Below, one piece after another: positions 38,391-47,973 of a DNA stretch of 64,000 nucleotides (the stretch's first letter is position 1; every line of letters begins with the position of its first letter). The stretch is from a bacterium (lineage in GTDB: Bacteria > Patescibacteriota > Andersenbacteria > UBA10190). The position numbers were made by a program, and so were the translations under genes. The stretch is from contig JAUYKA010000005.1 in NCBI GenBank assembly GCA_030698495.1, positions 8,404-72,403 on the forward strand, read 5' to 3'. The notes under the pieces are model-generated. The model saw only the letters and a list, made by a program, of their open reading frames with translations. It had not been told where the DNA came from and ran no database searches.

Positions 38391-39257
38391 TTAAGCTGCC
38401 TTACCGTCGCTACCAAAAAGTCTAATCTTCTCTTCCACCACCCGTTGCACCGCATCTCTGGCCGGCCCCAGTATTTTACGCGGATCACACTTATCATGCT
38501 CCTGGCCAAAATAACTTTTTACAGCACGCTCAAACGCCAACCGCAGCTCCGTATCCACATTTACTTTACAGACATTAGTATGCGCCACTCTCTGCAAATG
38601 TTCGCTCGCCAGCCCCGAAGCCCCATGAATGACCAACGGCAATGCCGGCAGCTGCTTGGCTATTTCCTCTACTAACTCAAACCTGATATACTCCCGACCA
38701 CTAAACGCACCGTGTATCGTACCAACCGCCACCGCTAAACAATCAACCCCCGTCGCTTCCACAAATTTCTTTGTCTGCGCGGGATTCGTTAGCAACTCAT
38801 CCGAAGGCGCCTCTCCCTGCAAAGTTTTTATCCCTTCCGCCCCTAAAATAGTGCCCAGCTCTGCCTCCACCCACACTCCGTGCGCATGCGCATATTCAAC
38901 CACTTCGCCGGTCAACGCGATATTTTCGTCTATCGGCTTGGTAGAGGCGTCAATCATTACGGAAGTGTATCCGGCCTCAATGCAATTTTTCACCACTGCC
39001 ATACTGTGACCGTGATCCAAATGCATCACCACCGGCACATTTGCTTCCCCTGCCAGGGAACTGATAATCGCTGCTATCTGTTTTTGCCCCGTGTATTCTA
39101 TTGCCCCCTCCGACGTTTGCACTATAACCGGCGCACGTTGTTTCTGTGCTGCCCAGATAATTGCCTGTGTTAACTCTAAATTTGATGTATTAAAAGCGCC
39201 CAATGCGTACTGCATATTAAATGCCTTGGCAAATAATTCACGAGGTTTAACTAACAT
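38391..39257 (-). CDS. fba: Class II fructose-bisphosphate aldolase
   Basis: GAFN, HLDHG, SVMIDAS, VEAELG, GT.HG, HGASG, K.NVDT. Confidence 0.94.
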   Translation of the reverse strand: MLVKPRELFAKAFNMQYALGAFNTSNLELTQAIIWAAQKQRAPVIVQTSEGAIEYTGQKQIAAIISSLAGEANVPVVMHLDHGHSMAVVKNCIEAGYTSVMIDASTKPIDENIALTGEVVEYAHAHGVWVEAELGTILGAEGIKTLQGEAPSDELLTNPAQTKKFVEATGVDCLAVAVGTIHGAFSGREYIRFELVEEIAKQLPALPLVIHGASGLASEHLQRVAHTNVCKVNVDTELRLAFERAVKSYFGQEHDKCDPRKILGPARDAVQRVVEEKIRLFGSDGKAA

Positions 39258-39328
39258 ATCATTATAATAAATTTTCAATTATCAATTTACAATTTTCATT
39301 GAAGCATCAATGATTCAATTTCTAAACA

Positions 39329-40108
39329 TTAAAAAGTTCTTTCAATCTTTTCTACAGCTTTTACAATATTCACAAACTCTGCCGATTTTACCGAAGCGCC
39401 TCCCACCAGCACGCCGTCCACCCCCGGCTCACTAACAAAATCCGCTGCGTTTCCGGCATTTACACTCCCGCCGTATAAAATTCTGATCTTCTCCGCCGCC
39501 TCCGCTCCCAACTTTTCCGCTGCTATTTTCCGAATCAACAGCATAGTCTGCGCCGCTTCCGCCGGATCGGGCGTTTCTCCCGTACCAATCGCCCAGATCG
39601 GTTCATATGCAATTACCAACCGAGACACAGACACTCCGGTTTGTTGGGTAAATATTGCAGTAGCTTGCCGGGTAATCTTACTCACAGTCTCTCCCCTGTT
39701 TCTTTCATCTGCGGTTTCTCCCACACATACAATCGGCGTCAACCCGTGCTTCTGTAACACGTAAACTTTTGCTCTTACCTGCTCGTCCGTCTCCCCAACC
39801 AACTGACGTCGCTCCGAATGCCCCACAATGCACCAGCGCGCAAACGGTGTCAGCTGGGACACCGACACCTCACCCGTCCAGGCTCCTCCTTCTTCCCAAT
39901 GAACATTTTGCGCTCCAAGTTGCACTTTTTCATTTTTTGCTAACTTGGTCGCTACCGCCGGCAAAGACGTAAATGAAGGCGCGATTACTACATCCACATC
40001 CAAATAAATACCGGCTAACATCTTTTTTATCGCTCCGGCAACTTCCAAAGCCGCCTTATGCGATAGATCCATTTTCCAATTTCCAACAACCAAAAACTTA
40101 TTCGCCAT
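39329..40108 (-). CDS. tpiA: Triosephosphate isomerase
   Basis: GNWKM, GHSERR, AYEPIWAIGTG, YGGSV, LVGGAS. Confidence 0.98.
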   Translation of the reverse strand: MANKFLVVGNWKMDLSHKAALEVAGAIKKMLAGIYLDVDVVIAPSFTSLPAVATKLAKNEKVQLGAQNVHWEEGGAWTGEVSVSQLTPFARWCIVGHSERRQLVGETDEQVRAKVYVLQKHGLTPIVCVGETADERNRGETVSKITRQATAIFTQQTGVSVSRLVIAYEPIWAIGTGETPDPAEAAQTMLLIRKIAAEKLGAEAAEKIRILYGGSVNAGNAADFVSEPGVDGVLVGGASVKSAEFVNIVKAVEKIERTF

Positions 40109-40155
40109 ATATCTAGTATATGAATAATTATAAAATTTAGTAATTAAGAAATTGA

Positions 40156-40680
40156 TTAAAAATTATTACCCCAAATCCCCCGTATTGTAAACACCGTTCC
40201 GGCCGTTACCACCAACACAATAACCGCCGATATACAAACACCGACAAAAATCGCCCAAAAAGAACGCGCTCGCGGCAGACCAAAAACAAACGCCGCCAGT
40301 GTTCCTGTCCATGCCCCTGTCACCGGCAAAGGAATAGCCACAAACAAAGCCAATGCCCACACACCGTATTTTGTCACGTTGCCCTGCAACTTAACACGCG
40401 TCCTCGCAAATAAATAATCGAAAAATCTATCCGCTGTCCTTGAATGAACTCTAGACCATTCGGCTATCTTCTCAAAAAATACCAGTAAGAAATACACCGG
40501 CAGCATATTACCCGCTATTGCCAAAAACATTGCTTCCGCCAGCGGCAGCTTATAAACGGTCAGCGCCACCGGTAAAGCTCCGCGCAACTCGCCGATAGGT
40601 ATCATCGCCAGAATTACTGTCGCTACTTCAGGCGGCACCGCTCGCAAAGCATTAATGATTGCAGTCAACATAATAAACAT
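40156..40680 (-). CDS. COG2426-type small membrane protein (putative small multidrug export family)
   Basis: P..ELRG..P, FVAIPLP.TGAWTG. Confidence 0.85.
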   Translation of the reverse strand: MFIMLTAIINALRAVPPEVATVILAMIPIGELRGALPVALTVYKLPLAEAMFLAIAGNMLPVYFLLVFFEKIAEWSRVHSRTADRFFDYLFARTRVKLQGNVTKYGVWALALFVAIPLPVTGAWTGTLAAFVFGLPRARSFWAIFVGVCISAVIVLVVTAGTVFTIRGIWGNNF

Positions 40681-40690
40681 TCTACACCTC

Positions 40691-41758
40691 TTAACAATTT
40701 TCGCAGTCCCGCAAATGCTCGGCTGCGTCTTCCGGCGCCACGTCCAATATTTCCAGCCCTGTGCCTAGTTCAAACCCGCCCCAAATATTTAATCTGGGCG
40801 TTACCTGCAAATGCCAGCGCCAGCGATCAAAATAATCAGGATTGCAAACCGACCCCGTTGCGCCACAGGGTGCCGAATAAATAAAATAATTAAGCGGCGG
40901 ATCGCCTAACACCGAATACATTCTCTTCAAGGTTTCCTGCAAAGCCCGAGCTAAGGCCTCTCTCTGTCCGGGGTTGATATTGGCAAAATTAGATCCAGGC
41001 TCCTTTGGCATAATCCATGTCTCGTAAGCCACTCGCGGCGCGAACGGACAAAAAACAGTAAACATATCATTCTCCCAGACTACCCGCCTTCCTTCCCGAC
41101 GTTCATATAACAACATGTCTTCAAAAATATCACCGCCAGTTCTCTCGTGATACCTCTGCGCCCCCAGCAGCATATCCTGAACATCGCTGGGCAAAACCGG
41201 CGTGGCAAATATCTGGTGATGCGGATGAGCCAAAGAAGCTCCGGCCGGTACCCCATAATTCCTTATTATCTGTATATAATTCACCGAGGATTTTATCTGC
41301 AACTGCCGGTATCTCAACACCAACGCTTCAATCTCCAGCGCCAAGTCAGCCTCGCTCACCAAACGCTCTACCGCGTTATGATACCTGGTAACCAGCAATT
41401 CGTGCCAACCAACCGCCTCCACCGCCCGATATGGCCCTTCTTGGCGCGAACGAAAATCTTCCTGCGGATGCAGTGCCGGGTATTTATTGGCGAAAACGTG
41501 CACCCGCCAGCTATGCGGATCATCCGGCAAACGAATAACATCCGGCGGTTGCGGATTATCAGCCAAATTACAAAACGGACAATCGTCGCGATACCTTACG
41601 TCATCGTCTCCTTTCTTTTTCTTGCCACCCGCCTTTTTACCATGCGGCCGCTTTGACCGCCCAATAGCCACAATCACCCACTTGCCCGTAATTAAGTCCT
41701 GCCGCAGTTCACCGCCACTTTGTCTCTCGGTTTTTCTTTCTATTAAATCTTTCATCAC
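40691..41758 (-). CDS. galT: Galactose-1-phosphate uridylyltransferase family (HIT)
   Basis: ELR.D..TG.WV..A..R.KRP, CPFC, NKYPAL, AGASL.HPH.Q. Confidence 0.88.
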   Translation of the reverse strand: MMKDLIERKTERQSGGELRQDLITGKWVIVAIGRSKRPHGKKAGGKKKKGDDDVRYRDDCPFCNLADNPQPPDVIRLPDDPHSWRVHVFANKYPALHPQEDFRSRQEGPYRAVEAVGWHELLVTRYHNAVERLVSEADLALEIEALVLRYRQLQIKSSVNYIQIIRNYGVPAGASLAHPHHQIFATPVLPSDVQDMLLGAQRYHERTGGDIFEDMLLYERREGRRVVWENDMFTVFCPFAPRVAYETWIMPKEPGSNFANINPGQREALARALQETLKRMYSVLGDPPLNYFIYSAPCGATGSVCNPDYFDRWRWHLQVTPRLNIWGGFELGTGLEILDVAPEDAAEHLRDCENC

Positions 41759-41790
41759 AATAAACAGATCTTATATTTAACCTGTCAGAT

Positions 41791-41924
41791 AATTTCCAAT
41801 TTTCAATTCTCAATTTTCATATAAACGCCAATGCCCCAATTACCAAATCCTGATACAACGACCGCGTCTTTGTGTCTTGGTCATTGTAATTTATATGGAA
41901 ATTGGAAATTGATCATTGAAAATT
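41791..41924. repeat. Inverted degenerate heptamer element (CAATTTT/AAAATTG type)
   Basis: AATTTCC AATTTTC AATTCTC AATTTTC ... GGAAATT GGAAATT GATCATT GAAAATT. Confidence 0.8.
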
Positions 41925-41956
41925 TTATTACATACAAAACAACCATTGCGTTAGTT

Positions 41957-42694
41957 TTACCTATCTTTTTTATAAACACCCTGCCAAATATTCAACCTCA
42001 CTTGCACCACTTCCTTTAATACTTCCACATAAGCGGATCCGGAAACTTTGCTATTCGGATCATTAATCCACCTGATCGGCCGCTCCGCTATTTTATAACC
42101 GCGCATTTTGGTCACAGCCAGTGCTTCCACATCAAACCCCCACCGATCAATTGTTAAATAGGGAAACACATCTTCCGCCGCGTAATCAGTAAACACCTTA
42201 AATCCCGCCTGTGTATCTTTGATTCCCGGCACCGCCCAAAACCTAATCCACAAATTTCCCAAATTTCCCAGCCTCTCTTTCCACCAAGCTTGATGCACTC
42301 GTATATCCGATTCTTTTAAATGCCGCGAGCCTATCACCACATCGTAACCCATATCAAAAAAGGTTTTAAATTGCTCAAAATGATCGACTGTCGTGGAATT
42401 ATCCGCGTCCATAAACAAACGGTACTTACCAACTACATGCGTCATCCCGTATCTCACCGCGTATCCTTTGCCGCGATTTGTCCCATACTGCAGTAATTTC
42501 ACCCTCCTGTCCTGCACCGCCGCCTCCCGTACTAAATCCGCTGTCTTATCTTTAGAACCATCATCAACCACTGCCACTTCCCAGGTATATGTCTGCTTAC
42601 TCAAATACGTCAAAACCGCCTTTAAAGTGTGCGGCAATCTCTGTTCTTCGTTATATGCCGGTATCACCACCGACAAAAAAACCTTTTCGTTCAT
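41957..42694 (-). CDS. GT2 glycosyltransferase (dolichyl-phosphate glucosyltransferase-like)
   Basis: SVVIPAYNE, DDGS.D.T, N.GKG.AV, DAD, DTQ.GFK, FDVE. Confidence 0.9.
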   Translation of the reverse strand: MNEKVFLSVVIPAYNEEQRLPHTLKAVLTYLSKQTYTWEVAVVDDGSKDKTADLVREAAVQDRRVKLLQYGTNRGKGYAVRYGMTHVVGKYRLFMDADNSTTVDHFEQFKTFFDMGYDVVIGSRHLKESDIRVHQAWWKERLGNLGNLWIRFWAVPGIKDTQAGFKVFTDYAAEDVFPYLTIDRWGFDVEALAVTKMRGYKIAERPIRWINDPNSKVSGSAYVEVLKEVVQVRLNIWQGVYKKDR

Positions 42695-42762
42695 GTCTTT
42701 AATATAGCATTATTTCTACAAAACCAGAATCAAAAATATTCTCCGCTTTATAAAAAATGCTG

Positions 42763-43155
42763 TCAGATTTTTTTCAAGTAATCGCTTAGCATCATCCGCG
42801 CCGCTTCGGCATGCGCGTCATCTTTGTCCGCCCCTTCGCTTTTTATCCGACGATCAGCTTCCACGCTAGTGAATGTTTCGTCCACGCCCCCCACCTCAAC
42901 TCGCGGCAACAACCCGCGCAGCTTCTCTATAAAAGCCAAGGACTGCTGGGTCTGGTCAGTTTCTTCACGCAACAAATTCAAGGGTACGCTTACCAGAATT
43001 TTCTCTACCATCTCTTTCTCAACAATATTTTTTATGACCTCCATCGCCTTCTGCTCTTTTTGATCAATTACAGAATGCCGCAACGCGATTTTATTTTCGG
43101 CATCCGTTATCGCCACACCGATATATCTTTTACCGTAATCAAGACAAAGAAGCAT
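42763..43155 (-). CDS. ruvX: YqgF/RuvX family nuclease
   Basis: LDYG.R.IGVAI.D, DE.FTS.EA, AA..ML..YL. Confidence 0.88.
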   Translation of the reverse strand: MLLCLDYGKRYIGVAITDAENKIALRHSVIDQKEQKAMEVIKNIVEKEMVEKILVSVPLNLLREETDQTQQSLAFIEKLRGLLPRVEVGGVDETFTSVEADRRIKSEGADKDDAHAEAARMMLSDYLKKI

Positions 43156-43156
43156 G

Positions 43157-43287
43157 AAATTAACGTAAAATTAAAAACTAAAAACGTAAAACAACAACGT
43201 AAAAACCAAAAGACTGACGACGTTAGCGATATGGTTGTTTTTACTTTTGAGTTGTTGCTTTTCGTTTTTCACTTTAAGTTTTTCGCT
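43157..43287. repeat. Inverted heptamer element linking the map stop to the ruvX start
   Basis: AAAAACT AAAAACG TAAAACAACAACG ... GAGTTGTTGCTTTTCG TTTTTCA CTTTAAG. Confidence 0.85.
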
Positions 43288-44047
43288 TACTCGTTAACAC
43301 TACTGGCCCCTCTTCCATCACCGCCACCGTGTGCTCCGCGTGCGCCGATAAGTTCCCGGATTTTATTTTTACCGACCAGCCATCCTCACCAGTCACCACA
43401 ACCGGATTTCCTTTTGTCACCATCGGCTCAATCGCAATCACCAACCCCGGTTCTATTAAAGCGCCGGCGCCTGCTCGGCCGAAGTTCGGCACCTGTGGTT
43501 CCTCATGCACCGCGTAACCAACACCATGCCCGACCAGCTGGCGCACTACTTCAAACCCCGCTGACTCAACATAACGCTGAATGGCACAACCGATATCACC
43601 AATCCTATTCCCTGGCAAAGCCGCCGCTATTCCCCGCTGTAGTGCTTCTTCTGTAACCGCCACTAATTCTTTTGTCTTACCGGATCCGCCTCCGACTATA
43701 ACCGTCTGCGCACTATCCAGATAATATTTACCCCGATAAATCAACCCCAAATCCAAACCAACCACATCCCCGCCAACAAATGGCGCGTCAGTTGGTATGC
43801 CATGTACCACCGCATCATTTATTGAAACACAAAGCGCCGCCGGAAAAGGTTGCTGGCCACTTGAAGCGTAATTCAAGAAAGCCGGTTCGCAACCTCGCGC
43901 CCGAATTAACCGCGTGGCCAATTCATCCAGTTCTGCTCCGGTTGTACCAACCTTAACAACACCGGCCAGTTCTGCCAACACTTCTCCCAGCATCCTTCCT
44001 CCCTCTCTTAATTTCTCTATATCATCCTTGGTTTTTAAGCGAATCAC
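43274..44047 (-). CDS. map: Methionine aminopeptidase type I
   Basis: C.SIND.VVHGIP, GHGVG..VHEEP, AIEPM, SAH.EHT; GTG start chosen because the upstream in-frame extension is repeat DNA. Confidence 0.95.
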   Translation of the reverse strand: MIRLKTKDDIEKLREGGRMLGEVLAELAGVVKVGTTGAELDELATRLIRARGCEPAFLNYASSGQQPFPAALCVSINDAVVHGIPTDAPFVGGDVVGLDLGLIYRGKYYLDSAQTVIVGGGSGKTKELVAVTEEALQRGIAAALPGNRIGDIGCAIQRYVESAGFEVVRQLVGHGVGYAVHEEPQVPNFGRAGAGALIEPGLVIAIEPMVTKGNPVVVTGEDGWSVKIKSGNLSAHAEHTVAVMEEGPVVLTSKRKT

Positions 44048-44067
44048 ATTATTAGAATTAAGAATTA

Positions 44068-44108
44068 TCCCCCGTCGCCCCGTCTTGACGGGGACTATGG
44101 GGGACAGG
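44068..44108. repeat. REP-like hairpin inside an AGAATT/CA heptamer tract
   Basis: CCCCCGTCGCCCCGTCTTGACGGGACTATGGGGGACAGG. Confidence 0.7.
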
Positions 44109-44206
44109 TGAATCAAGAATCAAGACTATCCTCCTTCCCCACCCACCATCCTCTCTACTCTTAATGAGTAATATGCCTTTAATCAACCAAATAGGCAAAG
44201 TCAGTA

Positions 44207-44372
44207 CCAACAAACGATACTCACGGCGCCCGTGCATGAGGGACCGTCTCAAGGCTTGCCGGCCTGGTCTCCGCCTTTAGGCGGAGCGGCAAGCCTTGAG
44301 TCGAGTGCCGCCCGCCGCTGGGGCGGGCAAAGGTGTCACTCATGTGCGGGTGACGGGAGTATCGTTTGTTGG
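44207..44372. repeat. Structured three-way-junction intergenic element, copy D
   Basis: Outer stem CCAACAAACGATACTC/GAGTATCGTTTGTTGG enclosing the shared core. Confidence 0.85.
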
Positions 44373-44381
44373 CAACAATAA

Positions 44382-45041
44382 TTAATTCTGCACTTTATCA
44401 ATAACCTTCATCACACTCTTAAAAACCTCCGCCACACTCGGCATCCCGTCCAACTCATGCAGTTCTCCCCGCCGGCGGTACTCCTCCACCACCGGGTATG
44501 TTAACGTCATGAACTGATCCCAGCGCGTCGCAAACTTACCCGGCTCATCATCGGGACGTACCCCTATCATTCCCCTTCTCTCCTCACAGCGGCGTCGGTC
44601 ATCGTCATTAACCACCGGAAAGTCGCCCGACACCCCCAAACAAAACTTGCGCTTAGAATTGCGCTCAATCATCTCTGCCCGATCAACAGCCAGATAGATA
44701 ACCAGCGGTTTCCCATAGTTCTCCTCGGCAAAAAAAAGATCAACAATTTTGGCTTCCGCCACCGTTCTGGGCGTGCCGTCAAAAACCAACCCCCTGCCGG
44801 ATTCAATATGTTCTTTTACCGCCGTCATTACAATTTCAGCAGCCATCTCCGGCGGCGCCAGATACCCGTTATCAATCGTCTCCTTAACGCGGTGCCCTAA
44901 ATCCGTATTCTGACGCGCCACTTCTCGAAACGCATCGCCCGTACTGAACTGATGATAACCAATTTTTTCCGCCAGCATTTTTGCCTGCGTCCCTTTTCCT
45001 GCACCTGGTGCACCCATAATATAAATAATTTTTGGCAACAT
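44382..45041 (-). CDS. adk: Adenylate kinase
   Basis: GAPGAGKGTQA, STGD.FR, DG.PRT, R.DD. Confidence 0.94.
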   Translation of the reverse strand: MLPKIIYIMGAPGAGKGTQAKMLAEKIGYHQFSTGDAFREVARQNTDLGHRVKETIDNGYLAPPEMAAEIVMTAVKEHIESGRGLVFDGTPRTVAEAKIVDLFFAEENYGKPLVIYLAVDRAEMIERNSKRKFCLGVSGDFPVVNDDDRRRCEERRGMIGVRPDDEPGKFATRWDQFMTLTYPVVEEYRRRGELHELDGMPSVAEVFKSVMKVIDKVQN

Positions 45042-45042
45042 G

Positions 45043-45165
45043 AAAAATAAAAGTTAAAAACTAAAAGCGAAAAACAACAACGCAAAAATAAAAACAACTA
45101 CGCCGACGTCGGTCTTTTTGCTTTTGCGTTGTTGTTTTGCGTTTTTCACTTTAAGTTTTACGTTT
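45043..45165. repeat. Inverted heptamer element linking the secY stop to the adk start
   Basis: Highly similar to 43157-43287. Confidence 0.85.
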
Positions 45166-46465
45166 ACGAAAACCCCTCATACTCCCGCATTGTCAGCTGC
45201 GACTCAATCTGTTTCAACGTCTCTACCACCACGGAAACCACGATCAACAAAGCTGTACCGCCAATCGTCAGGGTGGTTAAACCGGTAAATGCCTGTAATA
45301 ACAAAGGCAAAACGGCGATAAATCCCAGAAAAATCGCGCCCGTCAAAGTAATCCGGTTAATCACGTATTTCAAAAACATGGTTGTTTGTCGCCCTGGACG
45401 TATCCCGGGAATAAACCCTCCCTGTTTTTGAATGTTTTCCGCTACATTCTTCGGATCAAAAGTCACCGCCGTGTAGAAATATGTAAAAACCACCACCAAC
45501 ACAAAATACATCGCTCCGTAAAATAACTGGTTTTGGAACGCGTTCACAATACGCTGGGCCACACTACTCACTACAGCATTACTTACTCCCACAAAAAAGT
45601 TAGCGATCACTCCGGGAAACAACATGATCGACAACGCGAAAATTATCGGAATAACTCCGGCTTGATTAACCCGCAAAGGCAGATGAGTTGAAACACCGCC
45701 AAACATCCGATTTCCCCGCACCCGCTTAGCGTAACTCACCGGAATTGATCTCTGCCCCTCTGTAATAATCACCACTCCGGCCACAACCACTACAGAAATC
45801 ACCAGAAAAGCGCCATAGGTAAGCAGTTGGTCAGAAGTTAAAGTTGATAAAATTTGTGCCGTTACGCTCGGCAGACGGGCGATAATGCCAACAAATATAA
45901 TTAAAGAAATACCATTACCTATATTCTGTTCGGTAATCAATTCTCCCAGCCACATCAAAAATATCGTCCCGGCCGTAACGCTGATGATAGTCACCACTAA
46001 TTGCCAAAAAGAAAAAGTAATCTCCGGCCCTGTCCCGCCGGATAATCCTCCGCGCTGGATCAGATTCAAAAAAGCAAACGCCTGCAAAGCGGCCAACGGC
46101 ACCGTCAACAGTCTCGTCCATTGATTTATCTTTCGGCGGCCGGCTTCTCCTTCCTCTTTTTGCATTTCCTCCAACCGCGGCACGATCATTGTCATCAACT
46201 GCATTACAATTGACGCGGTAATATACGGACCGACCCCCAACATAACTATCGAAAGATTTGATAACCCTCCGCCTGAAAACACGTCCAATAAACCGAATAA
46301 TTGATTGCCGGCGAATAAATTATGTAAACTCGTCGGATCAATACCCGGTACCGGTATAACCGCCGCGATTCTAAAAACAACCAACAACCCCAATACTATC
46401 AAAATTTTCTTGCGCAACTCCGGCACCCGAAACATCGCCAGATATCTTTTCCAATTCAAAGCCAT
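45164..46465 (-). CDS. secY: Preprotein translocase SecY
   Basis: LGVGPYITASI, GNGISLII, AGVIPIIFA, FIPGIRPG, GGT.LLIVV.V. Confidence 0.98.
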   Translation of the reverse strand: MALNWKRYLAMFRVPELRKKILIVLGLLVVFRIAAVIPVPGIDPTSLHNLFAGNQLFGLLDVFSGGGLSNLSIVMLGVGPYITASIVMQLMTMIVPRLEEMQKEEGEAGRRKINQWTRLLTVPLAALQAFAFLNLIQRGGLSGGTGPEITFSFWQLVVTIISVTAGTIFLMWLGELITEQNIGNGISLIIFVGIIARLPSVTAQILSTLTSDQLLTYGAFLVISVVVVAGVVIITEGQRSIPVSYAKRVRGNRMFGGVSTHLPLRVNQAGVIPIIFALSIMLFPGVIANFFVGVSNAVVSSVAQRIVNAFQNQLFYGAMYFVLVVVFTYFYTAVTFDPKNVAENIQKQGGFIPGIRPGRQTTMFLKYVINRITLTGAIFLGFIAVLPLLLQAFTGLTTLTIGGTALLIVVSVVVETLKQIESQLTMREYEGFS

Positions 46466-46483
46466 ATATTTAAACTAATACTA

Positions 46484-46605
46484 CAATTCCCAATGCACAA
46501 TTTCCAATTTCCATATAATACCCAATGCACAATAATCAAATATCAAATAGTGTCGTTATTGTATTGGGAAATTGGCTATTGATTATTATATGAAAATTGA
46601 AAATT
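46484..46605. repeat. Inverted heptamer element between rplO and secY
   Basis: CAATTCC CAATGCA CAATTTC ... GAAAATT GAAAATT. Confidence 0.75.
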
Positions 46606-47047
46606 ACGCGATTATCTCCACTTTACCGCCCGCTTTCTCCACCCGCTCCTTGGCCGCTTCGCTCACACCATGAACCCTGACAGTCAGCTTCTTATCTACT
46701 AACCCGGACACTATCAACTTGACCCGATCGGACCGACCCGAAATCCAACCAAGCTTTTTCATTTGTCCCGGTCCAACCACCGTTCCGTCATCAAACCTTT
46801 GTAATTGTCCCGTGCTTACCGTTAATACCCGTACTCTCTTTTTGGTCATGCGATGTTTTGTCCCTCTGCCTTTCGGCAAACGCATATACAAAGGCGTTTG
46901 CCCGCCTTCAAAACCAAGCTTGCGGCTGTAACCGGCTCGCGAGCGCTGTCCCTTCATCCCTCGTCCCGACTTGGCTCCCCGCCCGCCAATACCGCGGCCA
47001 ACCCGCTTTTTCCGCTTAACAATTTTTGGTAACTCGTGTAAAAACAT
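46604..47047 (-). CDS. rplO: 50S ribosomal protein uL15
   Basis: RVGRG.G, GRG.KGQ.SR, FEGGQTPL..RLPK. Confidence 0.96.
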   Translation of the reverse strand: MFLHELPKIVKRKKRVGRGIGGRGAKSGRGMKGQRSRAGYSRKLGFEGGQTPLYMRLPKGRGTKHRMTKKRVRVLTVSTGQLQRFDDGTVVGPGQMKKLGWISGRSDRVKLIVSGLVDKKLTVRVHGVSEAAKERVEKAGGKVEIIA

Positions 47048-47049
47048 AT

Positions 47050-47592
47050 TTATTCTTTATCAACTTTCTTTTTAACCGAACCAACCGACACGCCTGACGC
47101 TACTAGGGCTGCTAACGCTGCTTTCGCGTTGCTCATCTTATTAACCGATCCATACCTCTTGGAAACCAAATCTTTTATCCCCGCCAGATCAGCCACCGTT
47201 CTGACTATGCCGCCGGCAATTACTCCCGTACCGGGCTTGGCCGGCTTCAGTAATATCTGCGCGCCTTTATATGAAACTTGCACCGAGTGTAAAATCGTTC
47301 CTTTCTTAAGAGACACTTTTATCACCCGTTTAGCTGCAGCATCTTCCGCTTTCTTTATGGCTTGCTGTACATCCCGGCTTTTACCCACACCCAATCCTAC
47401 CATTCCCGATCTGTCGCCAACCACCACGCTGGCCCTGAACCTGAACCTGCGGCCGCCCTTTACCACCCTGACTACCCGGGCAATTTCCAGTACCTCGTGA
47501 TCAAACTGACTGGCCTTTTCTCCTTTATTAAAAGTCCGGCGGCGGCGAGGCCCCATGGATGAATTCGGCTGAACAGTTAAATTAGTAGACAT
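47050..47592 (-). CDS. rpsE: 30S ribosomal protein uS5
   Basis: RV.RVVKGGRRFRF, PA..GTGVIAGG. Confidence 0.96.
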   Translation of the reverse strand: MSTNLTVQPNSSMGPRRRRTFNKGEKASQFDHEVLEIARVVRVVKGGRRFRFRASVVVGDRSGMVGLGVGKSRDVQQAIKKAEDAAAKRVIKVSLKKGTILHSVQVSYKGAQILLKPAKPGTGVIAGGIVRTVADLAGIKDLVSKRYGSVNKMSNAKAALAALVASGVSVGSVKKKVDKE

Positions 47593-47608
47593 AGTTTTAT
47601 TTTTTCAG

Positions 47609-47956
47609 TTACACCTTAATTCCTTCCGCCCGCATAGCCTCCACCACAGCCTTAACCCGGCCATGATAGCGATACCCGGAACGATCAAATATCATCGCGT
47701 TAATTCCGGCCTTCTTCGCCGCTTTAGCCAAAGTCCGCCCGACTAAAGCGGCTTGCTCTGTCTTGTTTTTCGCTTTTTCTTTTTTACCATGACTAGCCAA
47801 AACTGTCTTCCCTTTTTGGTCATCTATCAACTGAACCTCAACGTATCGGTCCGAGCGAAACACACTCACGCGGGGCCTCTTGGCCGTACCAAACAATCGC
47901 GCTCTGATTCGTCGATGACGTCTGGCTCGATTATCTCTTTTTGATGATTTATTCAT
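47609..47956 (-). CDS. rplR: 50S ribosomal protein uL18
   Basis: RPR.SVFRS, FDRSGY.YHGRV.A. Confidence 0.96.
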   Translation of the reverse strand: MNKSSKRDNRARRHRRIRARLFGTAKRPRVSVFRSDRYVEVQLIDDQKGKTVLASHGKKEKAKNKTEQAALVGRTLAKAAKKAGINAMIFDRSGYRYHGRVKAVVEAMRAEGIKV

Positions 47957-47973
47957 AGCGGTATTCTTCTTAA

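Noticed and set aside
42811-43656. Long + strand ORFs (this 281-aa one, 36157-36900, 54846-55571 and others)
   Set aside because: Antisense shadows of well-supported minus-strand genes
44048-44116. N-terminal extension of Map in the ORF track
   Set aside because: Encoded by heptamer and REP repeat DNA; GTG at 44047 gives a normal N-terminus
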